Shown piece after piece: positions 38,244 to 41,788 of a stretch of DNA of 41,788 nucleotides (position 1 is the first letter of the stretch; the number at the start of each line of letters is the position of its first letter). Origin of the DNA: a virus; IMG/VR virus record IMGVR_UViG_3300029531_000014. One strand, given 5' to 3'. The translations under genes and the position numbers were made by a program. Under the pieces are notes generated by a model. The model was not told the DNA's origin, ran no database searches, and saw only the letters and a program-made list of their open reading frames with translations.

Positions 38244-38405
38244 CTACACCTCCCCACTCTGAAACTCACCCGACACTCTGATCTCTTCTTGCTCTATCGT
38301 CTGCACATCAAGTACGATCACTTGGAGCAATACAGAATCCCCGACATTTGCAGTCGCTGGCGTGAACGTCGCTGAGATCACAATAGGAGACCACTCTTCT
38401 GCCAT
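38244..38405 (-). CDS. Small Ig-like-fragment protein (53 aa)
   Basis: ATG 38405 follows GGGGGTGATCTAA. It reads MAEEWSPIVISATFTPATANVGDSVLLQVIVLDVQTIEQEEIRVSGEFQSGEV. Confidence 0.5.
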   Translation of the reverse strand: MAEEWSPIVISATFTPATANVGDSVLLQVIVLDVQTIEQEEIRVSGEFQSGEV

Positions 38406-38445
38406 TTAGATCACCCCCCAGATATCGGCCAAAAAGTTCACTCGT

Positions 38446-40575
38446 CTACTGTATATCCCAATATAAAATGACGCACCCGGAAGCTCCAGGCACACCTTCT
38501 TCTCCTTCTCCGGGGTAGTTGTCGATCACAGTCCTGCTCCAGGAATTACCTTCCTCATCTGTGCCGCTCTCTTCACGTCTATTCCCTTTCACGCCCCCGG
38601 CGCCACCTTTTCCACCGTCTCCTGTATTTGCAGTTGGAAGTTGAACCCCGTCTCTTGCAAAGGCATCCCCCGACGCAATGTCTGTATAGTTAGGGTCAAA
38701 ATTTTGTCCATCTGCGCCAGAATATGAGCCGAATTTTGTTATCCCACCAGATTCTCCAGGAGCGCCACCTCGACCAATCTCCACATTGAACACCTGATTG
38801 GGGTTAATTGTGATTGTTCCTGCCCAAACAAGGCCCCCCTGTCCGTCTGTTCCATCTGTACCGGCTTCATCCCAAGAACCATCGGTCCCGGTTCCTCCAC
38901 CAGACCCGCCATTTACAAGGATGGCACGTAATTTTAGAACTCCGTCCGGCGCTGTCCATGTCCCTGACGAAGTGATGATTTCCCGGTTCTGGAAAAGAAA
39001 CGCACCGTCTGCCTGGAGCAAAACGCTTGTGCAATTAGATAGCACCCCGCTCGAAAAAGAGAGGTCCTGCTGAATCCGACGCGCCGTCGTGGCATTGGAT
39101 TCATCCAGCCAAATTGTATCAACGTCTCCAACTTCGGACGCCGGATTCCCACAGTTTGAAATTTCATATTGATTCCCGCCAAAGGTAGACAACATAAGAC
39201 GTGCAGCGGCAAGCGCCTGCTCCTTTGTTTTGATAAAGGGGTTGTCTACGGACTTTGTCTCACTTGATGAGGTTGAATTGCCGGAAATAACATATTTTGT
39301 GTCGTTCCCGTCATTTAAGGTGAAAATGATCGCAGCAACATCGGGATTTGCTTTCATTGTGGGATAGGAAATCAAATTTTCCAACGTAATCTTATCTCCT
39401 TGATTCCATAGAGGTTCGACAGCAAGTTTCCCTGTTTCTGCGTCTGCTCTTGGCCAAGTGGCAGAGGCCATACATACCCATAAAAGGAGGTCTCCACAGG
39501 TTATACCAGAAACGTCTTCCTCATTTGAAACGATCAACGCGGTATCCGCATAATTTGCGTCCACTGTATATCGGTTTTCAAAGTTCACTCCAAGCTGCGC
39601 CACGATAGCAGCGACCCATCCTTCCAACGTCTCTGGCAAAGAATCTGGAACAATAAATTCTCTGGATTGCAGGAGACCAATGATGTCTACCAGGTCCCAT
39701 TGCATGGTCAATCCGTTATCGCTGGTCTTCCATCCTCCAGAATACTGATAAAACATCCCGACGCTCTTATACTCGTCCGTCCCGTCTGGGAGACGAATTC
39801 CCATAGAAATGTCTATGGCCTGTCGTTCTTCAATCGACTTAAAAACACCCGCTTTATTCCTTGGTTCAAATCGCCGGTCTAAATTATCCATCTTGATCGT
39901 ACATGTTCCATACGGAAGGGATAAGCAAGAAATATCCCCCTGGTGTTTCAAGCTGAATTCCGCGATTACATTGCCATCCCATTCCTCATAGATGCCGGGG
40001 ATGATCTCAACAACCCGCAGTCTTCTATATGGCAGAGACCACTTCGTAACAGTAACCCGAATGGCGTCTGGATTGTTTACTGTAAACCCATCCACGTTGA
40101 TTTTTCGCTTTGTATTCCCCTTAAATTCTTTTACAAAATATGCTGTGCCTCCCTGTTTCACTTCAATCTTAAAGTCAACGGGATATCCATCCCATACCGC
40201 CGTGGGGAAAATGACCGAACATGCCTGCAAAATTAAAACATTGGAAAATGTCTCTTCCACGTAAACTGGAGAAGAAAAGGTCCCGTCTTCCTTGGACAAA
40301 GAATCTCCAATAAATCCAACTTGGTCGCCCTCTGCTCTGGGAAAGAGATTGAATTCACCATTCAAAATAAACCGATTCCATTCCAACGTTGCATAAGGAA
40401 CAATCTCAAATACATGGTCATGAACCTGCCCTGGGACGCTGAAATCGTCCTCTCCATCCGAGTTCACGACGCCAAATACAATATCCGGGCTGCTGATATC
40501 AATCACAGCCCGAAGGACAACGCGCCTGGCATCCCCATAAACCGCCAATTTATAGGTAGAAGAGCTGTCAATCAT
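38446..40575 (-). CDS. Tail-associated lysin-like / prophage tail (Tal) protein with Gly-rich C-terminal domain
   Basis: 709 aa, two genes after the tape measure protein. Its C-terminus contains GGSGGGTGTDGSWDEAGTDGTDGQGG...GDGGKGGAGG. Confidence 0.7.
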   Translation of the reverse strand: MIDSSSTYKLAVYGDARRVVLRAVIDISSPDIVFGVVNSDGEDDFSVPGQVHDHVFEIVPYATLEWNRFILNGEFNLFPRAEGDQVGFIGDSLSKEDGTFSSPVYVEETFSNVLILQACSVIFPTAVWDGYPVDFKIEVKQGGTAYFVKEFKGNTKRKINVDGFTVNNPDAIRVTVTKWSLPYRRLRVVEIIPGIYEEWDGNVIAEFSLKHQGDISCLSLPYGTCTIKMDNLDRRFEPRNKAGVFKSIEERQAIDISMGIRLPDGTDEYKSVGMFYQYSGGWKTSDNGLTMQWDLVDIIGLLQSREFIVPDSLPETLEGWVAAIVAQLGVNFENRYTVDANYADTALIVSNEEDVSGITCGDLLLWVCMASATWPRADAETGKLAVEPLWNQGDKITLENLISYPTMKANPDVAAIIFTLNDGNDTKYVISGNSTSSSETKSVDNPFIKTKEQALAAARLMLSTFGGNQYEISNCGNPASEVGDVDTIWLDESNATTARRIQQDLSFSSGVLSNCTSVLLQADGAFLFQNREIITSSGTWTAPDGVLKLRAILVNGGSGGGTGTDGSWDEAGTDGTDGQGGLVWAGTITINPNQVFNVEIGRGGAPGESGGITKFGSYSGADGQNFDPNYTDIASGDAFARDGVQLPTANTGDGGKGGAGGVKGNRREESGTDEEGNSWSRTVIDNYPGEGEEGVPGASGCVILYWDIQ

Positions 40576-40987
40576 GCGGCCTCACCTCTCGTAACTCCAG
40601 GGAAAAATCCCCCCAAAGCGGCCTTGCGGTATCCCCATTTTCTCCCGGAAGCATCTGACTCCACATGAATTTAGGGTACGTAAAGGCCATGACAAGAAAG
40701 TTTGAATAAAGGAGTGGTCCAGAGGAATCCGGAGGCAAAAAACCACACGTAATTGCTTGTCTTTTTCCCTTTCGGCACACTGAAATCAATTTATTTTTCG
40801 TATCATCATCAAAAAAACCATACTGATATGTAATATGCCAGGCATTTCCTCTCAGTTGACGAACGATCCGACCTGTAATCATTTCCACATCAACAGACAA
40901 CGCCTGTTCTTCCACCACATAGCCGCCCTTTATGCTTTCTGGCAAGATCATGTTGTATCCAGTTGTGTCTAAAATAAGTTGTGTCAT
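40568..40987 (-). CDS. Distal tail protein candidate (by position; unusually short)
   Basis: ATG 40987 lies 8 nt after the tape measure protein stop, preceded by GAGGAAGG. 139 aa. Confidence 0.45.
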   Translation of the reverse strand: MTQLILDTTGYNMILPESIKGGYVVEEQALSVDVEMITGRIVRQLRGNAWHITYQYGFFDDDTKNKLISVCRKGKRQAITCGFLPPDSSGPLLYSNFLVMAFTYPKFMWSQMLPGENGDTARPLWGDFSLELREVRPHD

Positions 40988-40995
40988 AACCTTCC

Positions 40996-41788
40996 TCACG
41001 TCGGATTCAGAATGGGAGTTCCGTTTGCTTTTGCATACTTTGTCAAGGGGTCAAACAGATATGTCGCCAGCTTCGTCCCATCCGGGAGAACAAGATTGAG
41101 TGTAATCGGCCCATTCTGTCCTGAATTTTGCACTGCGGAAGAGATTCCATTGATTATCCCCGCAGAGGATCTTCCAATACCAGAGTCAGAAAAACTAACT
41201 CTCGCCGTATCAAGTGCTTTTACATCTCTGATAGCCGGTGCCGGGACCTCAACACTTCCCGCTTCTAAAAGCCGATTTGCCATGTTTGACATAGCATCAA
41301 GCGCAGATGGCATCCCCTTGTCAACTCCAACCGCAATGCCCGCTGGGATCATCATACCCACAACATCTCGAAACGCTCTGGAAGGACTGTTTATCCCAAG
41401 GGCACTCTTAGCTGCATTCAGCAAGCTTTTTGCTTTATCACTTACCCAACCGGTTAAAGCGCTCCACCCTCTTGATATTCCGTTTTTGATCCCATTCACA
41501 ATGGCGCTTCCAATGTCTAAAAACGCATTGAACGCATTCGAAAAAACGCCTTTTATGTCTTCCCAAACCCCACTAAAGAAATTTGTGATCCCATCCCATG
41601 CAGACTGAGCGGCTTCTTTTGCAGACTGAAATTTCTCACTAAAGAAGTCTCGAACCGCAGAAAAAACACTTTTAATTCCTTCCCATACAGAAGAAAAGAA
41701 GCTGGAAATTCCATCCCAAGCCGCCTCTGACGCCTGCCGTGCCTGCTGGAATCTTTCACTGAAAAATTCCTTGACAGCAGAAAAAGCT
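40996..41788 (-). CDS. Tape measure protein, C-terminal part
   Basis: The frame of track ORF 40996..41499 stays open upstream to the window end (AFSAVKEFFSERFQQARQASEAAWDGISSFFSSVWEGIK...). It shows tandem roughly 38-aa FFS/WDGI/VWEGIK repeats typical of tape measure proteins. TGA stop at 40996. Confidence 0.85.
   Translation of the reverse strand, partial: AFSAVKEFFSERFQQARQASEAAWDGISSFFSSVWEGIKSVFSAVRDFFSEKFQSAKEAAQSAWDGITNFFSGVWEDIKGVFSNAFNAFLDIGSAIVNGIKNGISRGWSALTGWVSDKAKSLLNAAKSALGINSPSRAFRDVVGMMIPAGIAVGVDKGMPSALDAMSNMANRLLEAGSVEVPAPAIRDVKALDTARVSFSDSGIGRSSAGIINGISSAVQNSGQNGPITLNLVLPDGTKLATYLFDPLTKYAKANGTPILNPT
41690..41788. repeat. Second copy of the 99-bp terminal overlap
   Basis: Identical to 1..99. 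Confidence 0.95.

Larger units (their letters stand above)
1..41788. mobile_element. Complete circularly closed temperate siphovirus-type phage/prophage genome (unique length 41,689 bp)
   Basis: Full temperate-phage gene order is present: switch, replication, packaging, head, tail, lysis, cargo, attP and integrase. The window ends are identical over 99 bp and a tape measure ORF joins in frame across the ends. Confidence 0.85.

Noticed and set aside
41500-41788. Periodic repeats near the window ends as a CRISPR-like or satellite array
   Set aside because: The repeats are diverged at the DNA level, have no unique spacers, and translate in frame into tape measure protein repeats.

Overview
The window is a complete, circularly closed temperate siphovirus-type phage or prophage genome. 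Its unique length is 41,689 bp, because bases 1..99 are identical to 41690..41788, an assembly overlap. The host is probably a Clostridia-type Firmicute, judged from the Ltp, XhlA/holin/amidase, PBSX-type TerL and BclA-like genes. Almost all genes are on the minus strand. In transcription order they run: cro-like switch (23952), early and replication genes (down to 12295), a promoter-driven structured non-coding region ending in tRNA(CAU) (12268..11733), terS/terL/portal/MuF/scaffold/capsid, connectors, major tail protein, frameshifted chaperones, and a tape measure protein that crosses the window junction in frame. These are followed by distal tail proteins and fibre, the XhlA-like/holin/amidase lysis cassette, a cargo region (32645..28235) and attP carrying a tRNA 3' fragment. 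The plus strand carries the lysogeny block: CI-like repressor, Ltp superinfection exclusion protein, a glycine-zipper protein and a tyrosine integrase. The most interesting observations fall into three groups. (1) RNA elements: a roughly 430-nt highly structured RNA with its own consensus promoter fused to a tRNA upstream of terS; an inverted-repeat pair of convergent consensus promoters flanking a 27-codon ORF with a sequestered SD, resembling a type I toxin-antitoxin locus, inside the lysis cassette; and a small antisense RNA unit in the early operon. (2) Toxin-like proteins: a MuF head protein fused to a C-terminal toxin-like domain with a downstream acidic immunity candidate, and a solitary MazF/PemK-like gene in the replication operon. 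(3) Other features: a spore-surface-like cargo operon that includes a BclA C-terminal-domain-like protein, and an ori-like palindrome beside a G-tract block inside the replication organiser gene. All functional calls come from reading translated ORFs and motifs from memory; no database search was run.
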